Source: a virus
IMG/VR virus record: IMGVR_UViG_3300032770_000004
Span: 105,963 to 169,962 of that record
Reading direction: 5' to 3' (one strand)
DNA length: 64,000 nucleotides
The notes beneath the pieces were generated by a model. That model was not told the origin of the DNA. It saw only the letters and a list, made by a program, of their open reading frames with translations, and searched no databases. How positions within the stretch are numbered: the first letter of the stretch is position 1; the number at the start of each line of letters is the position of its first letter. The position numbers and the translations under genes were made by a program. Below are positions 20,348 through 30,174 of the stretch, in pieces.

Positions 20348-23300
20348 ATGCCAGCAACTACTACGTTCACAGGTATTGGAATTTCGCTTCAGTCTGTTAC
20401 TCCACAGACTAACGGATCTTCCTTGCTTGTGCGTTTTACAACAGTTCCACTTCAGGTAAGTCCACTTGGCGCTAATGATGCGTTGAATCCGGCTAACTAT
20501 GCTCTTACGGGTCCTGGTTCTGCTGCCATTTCGAGTGTTTCATCGGTAGCTACGGATTCGCAATCTGTAGCCATCGCATTCAGTTCTCCACTTGCTGCTG
20601 GAACGTGGATACTCACTGTAACGAATATTCAAACCCCCGGGGCCGTTGGCCTGATTCCGCCTACCAGCATGACCTTCTTGGTCACGGTTAGCGCCAATGC
20701 CACCTCATTGGCGGCTGGCGCTAGCAATGATGATGCAGAAAAAATCATTCGTAAGCACCTCAGTCAAGGAATGGCTGGTGACAACTGGAATGCTCTCATC
20801 GCGGGGCTAGCTAGTGGAGACGATGCAAACTGGACCAATGCCGAGCTTGCATTTGATCAGCTCTTTGAGATTTCCGCCAGCGGCGCTTATCTTGACCGTC
20901 TTGGCTCCAATCGCGGTATTGTTCGACCACCCGATGTCGGACTGAGCGATGACCTCTACCGCCAGCTCCTGATCGCCCTTAACAGCAACAAACTGACCCA
21001 CGAAGCTCTCCGTGAAATCCTGGCTATCTTCTATGGCCAGGATGCATTGCGAGCCTGGGCAGAGACCTCGCTTGAGGAGCCATTTGCCCTTAAAGATGGA
21101 TCTACGCTGACCTGGGAACTCGACGAAGATACGGACCTATCTACGACCTTCTCGGCTGAACAATTCACTCAAATCGAAGCCGCTACCGCACTCGAAGTCG
21201 CGTCCATACTAACCAAAGCCATGGCCGATGCTGGTACCTTCGGCTATGCAGCGGCTGTTGTCAATCCAATTACTGGTGGCAAGCGAGTTCGCATCTATAG
21301 CGGCAGCCTGGGCCTTAAGTCTTTCGTACGCATTACTGGTGGAACAGCACAGCCCTTCGTTCGTTTCCCGCTCTACAAAGAGGTCTACAGTGGTACGGTC
21401 ACTTCTGGACTTGGTTACAACTGGTCATATAGCAACCCTTCTCAGGGCGTTACCAGAATCTCGCTTACTACAGTCGGCCAGCCGCTAATCGATATCTCGT
21501 CAATTCAGGCGGGGGACTATGTAGTAATTGGCCCCAACATCAACGTAGCTTCGGGTTCGTACTCCATTACGGCTGTTGATTATTCGTGGAGCGGCACATC
21601 ACTCACGCAATCGTTTGATCTCGATGTCGATTTGGGATTCGTTGGTTCTACTCTTCAAATAGGAAATGACGACTATCGCTTCTTCAACCCTCAGAAACAA
21701 ACAATCCTTAATGGATCCAGAACTGTGGTGGTTGCCCAGGTTCAGCCCGGTCAAGTCGATATTCAAATTCCTGCAACTACCCAGGCTGTCAGTAGAGGAC
21801 CCAGAATCGCTGCATATGGTCGAGATAACGCAACCACATTGGCAGTGGAGAGCTACATCCGTGACACTGACGGAACGGTTACGCTCAATCTCAGCGAGAG
21901 CCTTGGTTCACCGCTCGCCGCCAATTCTCAAATCTTCCTAGAGGGCTTTAGGCCTGCGCTTAGTCGCCCATGGACTAGCCCCGGCGTACCTGGAACATAC
22001 CCTGCTGTAGCTACAGCAAACGCCAGTTATGGCACTTGTTGGACATCTACCCAGACTCCCCCGTCTGCAAATAAGCATTTCAGCAGAATGGTGGCGTTGC
22101 AGAACGATGACATTCTGATTACCGGAGGACTCTCGTTCTCTGGTGGTGTCACTGCCGGTGAATCCGCGAAAGCTAATAGATTCCGTCTTGCATCAACCAC
22201 TACCACGGTCAATGACGGCAGTGAAGCCGATGGAGCATCGAGATTTTCGTATCAGTGGATCGCGACGGCAGATATGAATACGGCACGCCTGGAACACGCA
22301 CAGTCCCTGCTTGCTGATGGGCGCGTATTGGTGACGGGTGGTCAGTCATCAACAGGAAGCGGGATAGTATTCAACGTTATCACCGCTAAGAATTCGCCAG
22401 AGATTTATTCTCCATCTACCAATACCTGGACCAATGTAGCCGCAATGTCTATGAAGCGTACGGGCCATCAACAGGTGACGATGAACAACAACAAAGTCAT
22501 CGTGATTGGTGGCGCCTTTAACATGGGCACGGCCACGAATACTACCGAAATTTTCGATCCGTCAACTGGCGTATGGTCAGCTGGTGCTTCGATGTCCATT
22601 CCCAGATACCAGCACAAAGCGGTTGCTCTCTCTGATGGTCGAATCTTTGTGACTGGCGGACGCACGCTCGGCCAAACAATGGCTACGCCAAATACCTGTC
22701 TAGCGTACTGGACAATGGATGACTCCAGCAATCCTACTTTTGTCAACGATTTAGTTGGTAGTTGGCCGCTGGCTGTGCATGGTAGCCCTACTATCATTGA
22801 TGGAAAGGTTAATTCGGCACGTGACTTCACTGTCTCTGGTTCATGGGCAGATGAAAATGGCTACCTGAATGATCCTACCGCTATTTCCCTGCTAACAGGC
22901 GAATGGACTATCGAATTCTGGCTTCCCGCTGGATCCGGAACAGACGGCGTACTATTCGCGTATGGAGGACCAACCGGCGTCCTTGCAGACAATCTACTTT
23001 TTGAAGTAGGTCTTGCCGGAGGTGCCATTTATTGGAAGTGGCAATATGGTGCTGGTGTGAATGTCACTGCCACGGCTACTACCACTTTGGCTGGATGGCA
23101 ATATGTAGGAACATTCATTGCTGTCAGAAAGAAGTTCAATGGAACTAACTATGACGTTTCTTGGTTTCTCAATGGCGTCGTAATGGACACCTGGACAAAC
23201 CAAACGAATTGTGCAGGCGGTACTAATGCACAATGGTTTATCTGTGCAGATCCTAAAACCTCACCTGTTGTGAATGGTGGATCGCGAGCTATTCTTGATG

Positions 23301-24994
23301 AAGCTCGTATCAGCAACGTCGCTCTTTTAGATTCCGATATCCTTAACGACTACTACACTACCTCAGGTTGGGTTGGTTTCTTGTGGGATATCGAAAACGT
23401 TGAGGGCGTAGCAACAGATAGAACCGCTTTCTATACTCCCGGTACTAATACCTGGACAGAAGGACCCAAAATGCAGTTCGGTAGAGCCCTGCATAACATG
23501 CATCTGCTACCAGATGGGAAAGTTTTGGTCTACGGAGGATATGGCCGCGATCTCACGACAGAACTCCCACCACAACATCAGGATGAAGTCACGACTTGGC
23601 CCAATCTGTCTGGCGTAACAATGTCGGCAGAGTATTGGGATCCAAATACCAATCGTTGGTATGCAACTGAAGCACCTTCACAGCTATATGTTGATGCATG
23701 TTCAGTTTATTTGCCAACTAGCAATCAGATTATAGTCACAAATCCTCGTAACACCGCACAATCAATTGACTATTCCCAAATTGGTGTTTACACTAATTCT
23801 ATTCCTTTTAGGGTTGAGGCGTTCGATTGTACAAATAAGACCTGGAAAGTTCTTCCGATCCAAAATACATCGGATCAATATCTTTCCACCACCTATGGAA
23901 TCCATGCAGGCAGCGATGTCGTACTGATTACAGGTGGAGTGAATGGAAGCCTTGTACCGTATCCTAATGCTACGCTTTTGACTCCAGGTGCCACACAGTT
24001 TGTAGGTGGTGGTCTAAACGGGCTCCATTCAGTCGTATCATCTACCACTGGATCTATCACCATCTCGACTCCGAGCTATCCATTCTTCTCGACCAATTTT
24101 GGAGACGCAGGTTATCAAGGCGGACAAGTTTTCGACACTACCAATTGGACATACAACGACCTATACACGAACTACACCTATCAGATTAGCAATTTTGTGC
24201 GTAGCTCTAACGTGGCGACGTTGACATTAAATACGACTGCCGGGCTCTCTGTCGGCCAGTCTGTATATGTCAACATCAATACCAATGTGCCGATGGGTAT
24301 CAAAACCCTCACGGCTGTAACACCTACAACTATCTCGTACGTTGATACTGGTACTGACATTGGCTCTACACCTACAACAGGCGTAGTTGATATCAATCAG
24401 AATCCCAATGCAGCGATCCGTATCGGCGCAGTAGCAACACAGCCCTCTACTGACCCTGGTCCATACATCTTTGATCCAAAACTCGGACTTTCTGTTCTCA
24501 GCACAGCTACTACTCTTCAAACAGCTATTCTGACCGGCCAACAAGTAGGCACCTTGACGGTAGCAGACAACAGTGCGTTCCCTAACGCCGAAGGATATTT
24601 AGTCATTGACTTCGGAATGTCAACACAGAGCAGCCCCATCCGTTATCTAGGCAAGTTTGGAACAAACATGCTCATCGTTGATTTTAGTTATGTAGCCGAA
24701 CATGACTTCACGGTTGGCTCTACTGTAACCCTTCTACAGGGAAGGAATCCGTTTGTACCTGCCATTCCTTTGGACTCGGCCAACTTCTACATCACCGGCT
24801 CTACTATTGGTCGTATCGCTGCCCAAAACTTCCTCGCTGGTGCTGCTGCGACTGGCATCACTTTGTCAATCGACGTGGTCTATCCAGGAGATCGCGGACT
24901 TGGAGCAGAAGGCTATCCCACCGAAAACGCATCCAAACTGTCAGATGTGGTCAGAATGTTCGGTGGAGATAACCTTGACGAGGAGGGCCTATGA
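20348..24994 (+). CDS. baseplate wedge-like protein with Ig-like, Kelch-propeller and LamG domains
   Basis: ASGAYLDRLG..RGI.RP...SDDLYR (wedge/gpI-like); Kelch blades such as ARLEHAQSLLADGRVLVTGG and PRYQHKAVALSDGRIFVTGG; LamG motifs AYWTMDD, WTIEFW and LDEARISN.AL. Confidence 0.8.
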   Translation: MPATTTFTGIGISLQSVTPQTNGSSLLVRFTTVPLQVSPLGANDALNPANYALTGPGSAAISSVSSVATDSQSVAIAFSSPLAAGTWILTVTNIQTPGAVGLIPPTSMTFLVTVSANATSLAAGASNDDAEKIIRKHLSQGMAGDNWNALIAGLASGDDANWTNAELAFDQLFEISASGAYLDRLGSNRGIVRPPDVGLSDDLYRQLLIALNSNKLTHEALREILAIFYGQDALRAWAETSLEEPFALKDGSTLTWELDEDTDLSTTFSAEQFTQIEAATALEVASILTKAMADAGTFGYAAAVVNPITGGKRVRIYSGSLGLKSFVRITGGTAQPFVRFPLYKEVYSGTVTSGLGYNWSYSNPSQGVTRISLTTVGQPLIDISSIQAGDYVVIGPNINVASGSYSITAVDYSWSGTSLTQSFDLDVDLGFVGSTLQIGNDDYRFFNPQKQTILNGSRTVVVAQVQPGQVDIQIPATTQAVSRGPRIAAYGRDNATTLAVESYIRDTDGTVTLNLSESLGSPLAANSQIFLEGFRPALSRPWTSPGVPGTYPAVATANASYGTCWTSTQTPPSANKHFSRMVALQNDDILITGGLSFSGGVTAGESAKANRFRLASTTTTVNDGSEADGASRFSYQWIATADMNTARLEHAQSLLADGRVLVTGGQSSTGSGIVFNVITAKNSPEIYSPSTNTWTNVAAMSMKRTGHQQVTMNNNKVIVIGGAFNMGTATNTTEIFDPSTGVWSAGASMSIPRYQHKAVALSDGRIFVTGGRTLGQTMATPNTCLAYWTMDDSSNPTFVNDLVGSWPLAVHGSPTIIDGKVNSARDFTVSGSWADENGYLNDPTAISLLTGEWTIEFWLPAGSGTDGVLFAYGGPTGVLADNLLFEVGLAGGAIYWKWQYGAGVNVTATATTTLAGWQYVGTFIAVRKKFNGTNYDVSWFLNGVVMDTWTNQTNCAGGTNAQWFICADPKTSPVVNGGSRAILDEARISNVALLDSDILNDYYTTSGWVGFLWDIENVEGVATDRTAFYTPGTNTWTEGPKMQFGRALHNMHLLPDGKVLVYGGYGRDLTTELPPQHQDEVTTWPNLSGVTMSAEYWDPNTNRWYATEAPSQLYVDACSVYLPTSNQIIVTNPRNTAQSIDYSQIGVYTNSIPFRVEAFDCTNKTWKVLPIQNTSDQYLSTTYGIHAGSDVVLITGGVNGSLVPYPNATLLTPGATQFVGGGLNGLHSVVSSTTGSITISTPSYPFFSTNFGDAGYQGGQVFDTTNWTYNDLYTNYTYQISNFVRSSNVATLTLNTTAGLSVGQSVYVNINTNVPMGIKTLTAVTPTTISYVDTGTDIGSTPTTGVVDINQNPNAAIRIGAVATQPSTDPGPYIFDPKLGLSVLSTATTLQTAILTGQQVGTLTVADNSAFPNAEGYLVIDFGMSTQSSPIRYLGKFGTNMLIVDFSYVAEHDFTVGSTVTLLQGRNPFVPAIPLDSANFYITGSTIGRIAAQNFLAGAAATGITLSIDVVYPGDRGLGAEGYPTENASKLSDVVRMFGGDNLDEEGL

Positions 24995-25419
24995 GAGCAC
25001 GTTCGATAGTCACAGCAGGTGTCATTTGTTACATTAATGGTAAGCCTTTCGGGCGCGTCAAGGACTTTAGATTTGAAAGTTCTACCGGCAAGAAGCCGCA
25101 GTACGCTGTCGACACGCTTGAGCCATACGAGTTGATTCCCACTATTACCAGGGTTACGGGGAGCATGACACTTCAACGTACTGTAGGAGACGCAGGTGCA
25201 GAAGGAGCTGCCTTGACGGTTCGTTTCGAAGACCTCCCACGCGAGCGTTACTTTAGCGTTCAACTCATTGAACGAGTCAGTGATACCCTCATTTTCGAAG
25301 CAAAATACTGTGCAGTTACGCGTCAATCCTGGAGTTTCCCCGAGAAAGGGGTTGTCACCGGATCCGTGGAATTCGAAGCCATCGACTGGTCCAATGAACT
25401 TCGCCCAGCCCAGGCGTAA
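24991..25419 (+). CDS. tail tube-like protein
   Basis: 142 aa with YINGKPFGRV...PYELIPT..RVTG...SW.....GVV.GSVEFEAID, a tube-fold pattern. Confidence 0.55.
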   Translation: MRARSIVTAGVICYINGKPFGRVKDFRFESSTGKKPQYAVDTLEPYELIPTITRVTGSMTLQRTVGDAGAEGAALTVRFEDLPRERYFSVQLIERVSDTLIFEAKYCAVTRQSWSFPEKGVVTGSVEFEAIDWSNELRPAQA

Positions 25420-25446
25420 TCTTTGATCTATCGAGGTTTGATAGAT
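25416..25446 (+). promoter_or_regulatory. GTAATCT element plus RBS-sequestering hairpin
   Basis: GTAATCT at 25416-25422. The hairpin ATCTATCGA-GGT-TTGATAGAT (25426-25446) covers SD GAGG and the AT of ATG 25445. Confidence 0.65.
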
Positions 25447-25843
25447 GAAAATTTGCAAGTGTGGTCAAGAATTTGAAGGAAAATGGAAGTGTGCTAAGTG
25501 CAAATCTCAGTATCAGCACGATTGGTATCAGAAAAACAAACATAAAATTTATATAGATCCTCGTGCTAAAGCAAGCAAAAAGAAATGGCGAAACAAAAAG
25601 GCGGCAGAGTGGACGAAGAAATATCACAATCTTAAGCGCGGACCTTGTGTGGATTGCGGTAAGACTTATCAACCCTGGCAAATGCAATTTGATCATATTG
25701 GTGATGACAAATTCGATAATGTCGCCACAATGGTTCATGATTTCAAGCCCTTTGAAGAAATTGTAGCAGAGATTAAGAAATGCGATTTGGTTTGCGCAAA
25801 TTGCCGTGCTGATCGTACCTATAAACGTTTGCATTCCGAGTAA
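25445..25843 (+). CDS. free-standing HNH endonuclease
   Basis: PCVDCG......MQFDH......V..MV......EI.KCDLVCANC; AT-rich relative to its flanks. Confidence 0.85.
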   Translation: MKICKCGQEFEGKWKCAKCKSQYQHDWYQKNKHKIYIDPRAKASKKKWRNKKAAEWTKKYHNLKRGPCVDCGKTYQPWQMQFDHIGDDKFDNVATMVHDFKPFEEIVAEIKKCDLVCANCRADRTYKRLHSE

Positions 25844-25846
25844 TCT
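25840..25846 (+). promoter_or_regulatory. GTAATCT element
   Basis: Upstream of the tail fibre gene; SD AGGAG follows. Confidence 0.55.
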
Positions 25847-25861
25847 TAGGAGTATTCCCCA

Positions 25862-28459
25862 ATGGCTATCATTAGACAAGAAAATTGGCTGTCACAACAA
25901 AGAGTGGATTTGCCACATCTTCGTTCTATTGAGCTTGGAGTCGCAGGCGACTTCGACTCTCTTGTCGGCCGCGCAATGGCGGGCAGCAAAGCCTTGGTAG
26001 TTCGTGGCTTTTCGATGGCTAATATTGCCACTAGTTCTCCTGCGACAGGTCTTCAGGTATCAACAGCTAACGGCATTCTCTATAATGTCAACGCGACTGA
26101 AGCAGGAAGCATTCTATGGGTTCCGGCCGATCGAGCCGTGGAAATCCTTAACCCGGCCACGAACTCTCGTGTAACAGGCAGCTGGACCCCTTCAGCGGTC
26201 AATTACGTAGGTATTGACTTCACCAGAACAGCCGATGCATCCACGACCGATCTCGTTCAGTTCCTTGATGCCAATACGCTCGTAGAGACACCCAAGTCTG
26301 TTCCACTAGCAAGGACGCTTGACTACCAATTTGTCATCAGCACCATCCCATTCGCTGGTCAGCCAAATCTTGTTCCTCTTGCTATCGTCACCCTGAATTC
26401 CAGCAGCCAAATGACGGCCGTTCAGGACGCACGTCCAATGATGTTCCGTTTGGGTTCTGGTGGCGATGCTCCAAACCGTCAAAACGCCTATCCATTCCCA
26501 GATGGTCGCTTCGAGAATTACTCAACCCTGAGCAATACCCTCTTCAGTGGTGGCGACAAAGCCATTTTGAGCCAGAAAGATTGGTTTGATGCTGCGATGA
26601 CTCGCATCCAAGAAATTGGTGGTGGCGAATATTGGTATTCGGCCACAGCGGATCGCAACGTCAACATGATTACTCACGACTCGCCATTCAGTAACGGCGA
26701 GTACTTCAGCTGGAATCTTGGTACCCAGACAATTTCGTGGCAGAACATTCGGTTTGTCTTTGACAACAGTACCGGATGGTACAACGATGTCCAGGACGGT
26801 AGCCTTTCGCCTTTGGCTGATGGACAATGTATCTACGTCGACCTGGATCGCACCAAGAACGCTGTCGGTCTAATCGTTCAATCCGCTACCTTGACAACCC
26901 TTGGCCCCGGAGCTGTACCCGGTAGTCGCTGGATTCTAGCTTGGCGCAAAGGCAATGACATCTTTACGCGCGGTTGGCGTTATGCTGTAGGCACTACATT
27001 CCAGCCAGCTACCGCTACGAGTCTGGGAGAAGTAGAACTGAATCAGACTCCAGCCAATAGTTTGGCTCCGGTTGTAGTGACTATTGGTGTAAACGGAAGC
27101 GTACTGGTTAACGGAATTACTACTAACGTTGCAGGGGCTGGCTACTATGCCATTTCTGCAATCGGCGGAAACACCTCTGCAAACTCTACGGTAGCTGGTA
27201 CTGGATTGATCGGTTTAGGGGGTAATGATAGCGGCAACACCGGAGGTGGCGGTACAGGCGTTAACGGATTAGGGGGTAATGGTTCTGGTACGAGCATTGG
27301 CGGCTATGGTGTTGTCGGTCAAGGTGGTACTGCGTCTGGAACTGCCAATCAAGGTATCGGCGGATACTTCAGCGGCGCGGCCGGTGCAGGTTCAGGTACG
27401 GCCGTAAACGGCGGTACCGGTGCCGTTGCCATAGGCGGTATCCCTGCTAGTTCAGGGAGTGGCGGCATTGGTCTTATCTCAACTGGTGGAGCTGCTACGA
27501 GCGGGAACGGAGGCTTGGGAGCCGAAATTTCTGGCGGCAATACAGCTACTGGTGTTTCGGCCGGTACTGGTTTGTTGCTCTTTGGCGGCAACGCCACTGG
27601 CGGTACTGGCAACGGCGGAGTAGGTCTTTCCGTAACAGGTGGCTCTACGGCTGGAGGCGTGAGCGGTCACGCTATCGTAGCGGTTGCTCGCACATCAAGT
27701 GGGGCACTTGGCATTCTGGTTCAAGATTTCAGCAGCATCAATAGTAATGTCCTTGCTGAAATTGACGGATACCTCAACATCGCTTCTGGCGCTCCAAGCA
27801 CCAGTGCCAATATCAAGAATTTGATCACATCCAAAAACATCAATAAGATGTGGGCAAATGTCTCTCTACAATCCAATACTTATACGATCATAGATGGTGT
27901 TGGAATACTTAGTTGCACGGTGCATTTGGGAGCCATCGATGTATCTTTCGCTGCCAACATGGCAGATACAAACTATGAAGTCGAGCTTTCGATGGGTCGT
28001 CCGACATACACCGGTATTGGTGGGATCCGCTTCGGAAATCTGCTCGTACCATACGTCATTAGTAAGCACGTAGGATTTGTCACGATCGGCTTCAAGACAA
28101 GCATGGAACTTCATCTAGCGTATACCTCTAGAGGCACAACTGCCTTTGCTGGTGGCGATATCGTTACTGAAGCCACTAGCAATGCCAAGGCTGTGGTGAT
28201 TGCAGACTCCAATGCTGGGGGATCTTTGGCGGCTGCGGGCTATTTGACGGTTATGCCTATAACGGCACTCAGTTTCGCGGGTGGCTTAGCATTAAGTTCT
28301 AGCTCTGGATCTGCAACTAGCACAGCAATTGGTACCATCAGTGGTTTGTGGCCTACATATCCTGGCTACATTGACCCTTCTGCAAATGATCCATTTACTG
28401 GCGCTGCCGCTTTCGGTGGTGAAACCTTCTATATCTCCGTAATGGGAATGCAGGCATAA
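25862..28459 (+). CDS. tail fibre-like protein with long glycine-rich repeat region
   Basis: 865 aa; repeated G.G...GG units at about aa 420-610. Confidence 0.65.
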   Translation: MAIIRQENWLSQQRVDLPHLRSIELGVAGDFDSLVGRAMAGSKALVVRGFSMANIATSSPATGLQVSTANGILYNVNATEAGSILWVPADRAVEILNPATNSRVTGSWTPSAVNYVGIDFTRTADASTTDLVQFLDANTLVETPKSVPLARTLDYQFVISTIPFAGQPNLVPLAIVTLNSSSQMTAVQDARPMMFRLGSGGDAPNRQNAYPFPDGRFENYSTLSNTLFSGGDKAILSQKDWFDAAMTRIQEIGGGEYWYSATADRNVNMITHDSPFSNGEYFSWNLGTQTISWQNIRFVFDNSTGWYNDVQDGSLSPLADGQCIYVDLDRTKNAVGLIVQSATLTTLGPGAVPGSRWILAWRKGNDIFTRGWRYAVGTTFQPATATSLGEVELNQTPANSLAPVVVTIGVNGSVLVNGITTNVAGAGYYAISAIGGNTSANSTVAGTGLIGLGGNDSGNTGGGGTGVNGLGGNGSGTSIGGYGVVGQGGTASGTANQGIGGYFSGAAGAGSGTAVNGGTGAVAIGGIPASSGSGGIGLISTGGAATSGNGGLGAEISGGNTATGVSAGTGLLLFGGNATGGTGNGGVGLSVTGGSTAGGVSGHAIVAVARTSSGALGILVQDFSSINSNVLAEIDGYLNIASGAPSTSANIKNLITSKNINKMWANVSLQSNTYTIIDGVGILSCTVHLGAIDVSFAANMADTNYEVELSMGRPTYTGIGGIRFGNLLVPYVISKHVGFVTIGFKTSMELHLAYTSRGTTAFAGGDIVTEATSNAKAVVIADSNAGGSLAAAGYLTVMPITALSFAGGLALSSSSGSATSTAIGTISGLWPTYPGYIDPSANDPFTGAAAFGGETFYISVMGMQA

Positions 28460-28460
28460 A

Positions 28461-29000
28461 ATGGCTGATTTTGAAGATGCAATCGGTGTCATACTAGCGC
28501 ATGAGGGTGGCTGGTGTTCTGTTGCTGCGGATCCTGGTGGCGAGACCAATTATGGTATCAGCACCCTCATTATCGAACGCGAAGGCATCACCAATGAGCA
28601 ACTTGGATTACCGCCAGGAAGAGATCCTGGTTGGATGAAAGCCATGTCCGTAGATGCAGCCAAGATGATCTACCAGAATCTATTTTGGAACAAATGGGAA
28701 TATGGCGCTATTTCGGATCAGACAGCAGCTACCAAGCTCTTTGACTGTTCCGTCAACTGTGGGCCCAATAGAGCCCATTTAATGGCCCAGAAAGCCGCCA
28801 ACGCCTGTGGCCAGAATATCGCTGAAGATGGAATTTTGGGACCCGCCACGGTCGCTGCTATTAACGCTTGCGATCCAAAGGCTTGGGTAACCGCGTTCGC
28901 CCAGGAAATGACAGACTACTACACTAACCTTGTCAAGGCCCGTCCAAGTCTCGGGATCTTCTTGAAAAATTGGCTGCACCGAGCTTCTTGGGGCGTGTAA
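28461..29000 (+). CDS. endolysin, glycoside hydrolase family 108
   Basis: HEGG......DPGGETNYGI catalytic motif, DGILGP.T, and C-terminal FLKNWLHRA (PG-binding 3). Confidence 0.92.
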   Translation: MADFEDAIGVILAHEGGWCSVAADPGGETNYGISTLIIEREGITNEQLGLPPGRDPGWMKAMSVDAAKMIYQNLFWNKWEYGAISDQTAATKLFDCSVNCGPNRAHLMAQKAANACGQNIAEDGILGPATVAAINACDPKAWVTAFAQEMTDYYTNLVKARPSLGIFLKNWLHRASWGV

Positions 29001-29003
29001 TCT
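28997..29003 (+). promoter_or_regulatory. GTAATCT element
   Basis: Upstream of the gene at 29022 (SD AAGGAG). Confidence 0.55.
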
Positions 29004-29021
29004 TATTGGAAGGAGAAAACC

Positions 29022-29369
29022 ATGGCAGGACGTCTAATCTCAGCTCTACACCTTACCATTACTGGTGCTACTAGTGGCGGCCAACTAACCATGGCTTCGA
29101 CTGTTGGCCTTTACAAGAATGCCAAGGCGTGGATTAGCAATACCGGTCAGACTAGTCGATTGGTGACGATCGCCCAGATAGTCGATTCCACACACGTTTT
29201 GGTCCGATTTGATTTGGATCCACACGGTGGTGGCGTCGGTTCGACTCCTAACGACACCATTGGCATCTATCCGAACTACGGGTATAGCGACGTTTCGGCG
29301 TATAACGGCGGAACGCTTGATCAGATGGATCAGTTCATCTACAACCCCAACGACGAGCCGCTGAGCTAA
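29022..29369 (+). CDS. hypothetical (probable virion) protein
   Basis: 115 aa, strong SD, last gene of the + strand module. Confidence 0.7.
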   Translation: MAGRLISALHLTITGATSGGQLTMASTVGLYKNAKAWISNTGQTSRLVTIAQIVDSTHVLVRFDLDPHGGGVGSTPNDTIGIYPNYGYSDVSAYNGGTLDQMDQFIYNPNDEPLS

Positions 29370-29717
29370 TTACTCATCGCTGTAGTCGTCGTCGTATCCC
29401 CAATCCTTCTCGAACTCGTACCAGTGATCGGCGCCAGCGCAGTCGCGCAGTGCGTCAAGAGCCCAATCCATCGGCGCATGGAGTACTTCAGATTCAGTTG
29501 GGAAAGCTGATTCGACCCGCATGAAAACGTCGTTGTTGTCGTTGAATCGAACCCCGGTGTAGTAGCGGCTATCGCCCTGGAGTGAGTTTTGGGTCATGAA
29601 GACGCGGAATCTCTCACGGGCATAGGGGAGGACAGCCAGAAGCGCCTTCTTCGTCTCTTCCGAGAGAAAAGGCGCCTGATAGTTGACTCCATTGCACCGC
29701 TTGAGGAAGTTGATCAT
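29370..29717 (-). CDS. hypothetical protein (own promoter, leaderless)
   Basis: Start moved to ATG 29717, 7 nt after a consensus -10. Confidence 0.65.
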   Translation of the reverse strand: MINFLKRCNGVNYQAPFLSEETKKALLAVLPYARERFRVFMTQNSLQGDSRYYTGVRFNDNNDVFMRVESAFPTESEVLHAPMDWALDALRDCAGADHWYEFEKDWGYDDDYSDE

Positions 29718-29724
29718 GATGTAG

Positions 29725-29753
29725 ACTATACGCTTACTTCTTCGTATTGTCAA
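29725..29753 (-). promoter_or_regulatory. consensus sigma70 promoter
   Basis: TTGACA-17 nt-TATAGT. Confidence 0.85.
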
Positions 29754-30174
29754 CACCCGCATCTGGCACAGAAATTTCCACCTTCTCCAGGTGCATCATC
29801 ATGTCGATGCCGATGAAGAACGGGCCAATCTTATGCCAATCGGTGTCACCCTCGCGCGCGTAGATGACGGCCATCTGTCCGTCGTCATTGCCAACGTTGA
29901 CAATGATCGTATCTTCATTGTCATCCTTGTCAGTAGAAAGACTAAAGAAGACGTTGTTAATCTTCAAACCGTCTTTCTCTTCCATCTTCTGGAAGAGAGG
30001 ATTGGTATCAAGCGACTGAATGAACTTGGCACGCCACTGGTCCCTGGTGAGATGTTGCTTGGCCTTAGGATCGTTCTTGGCGGCCTTAAGGACCACAGAA
30101 GACTTAGTGGTGGTCGTGGTCGGGGTGGTAGGCGTCCCAGTAAACAGGACAGCAAGGAGGGGAAGGAGGATCAT
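29734..30174 (-). CDS. secreted/membrane-anchored hypothetical protein
   Basis: Hydrophobic N-terminus MILLPLLAVLF, then a Thr/Pro linker; ATGA overlap with def. Confidence 0.65.
   Translation of the reverse strand: MILLPLLAVLFTGTPTTPTTTTTKSSVVLKAAKNDPKAKQHLTRDQWRAKFIQSLDTNPLFQKMEEKDGLKINNVFFSLSTDKDDNEDTIIVNVGNDDGQMAVIYAREGDTDWHKIGPFFIGIDMMMHLEKVEISVPDAGVDNTKK

Noticed and set aside
25862-28459. Diversity-generating retroelement or invertible tail-fibre cassette
   Set aside because: No reverse transcriptase, recombinase or template/variable repeat pair was seen in the window.
3256-29000. Extracellular contractile injection system or tailocin
   Set aside because: The module is contiguous with a full phage replication arm (DnaE, DnaB, primase, SSB, RNR) and many homing endonucleases, so it is a phage genome.
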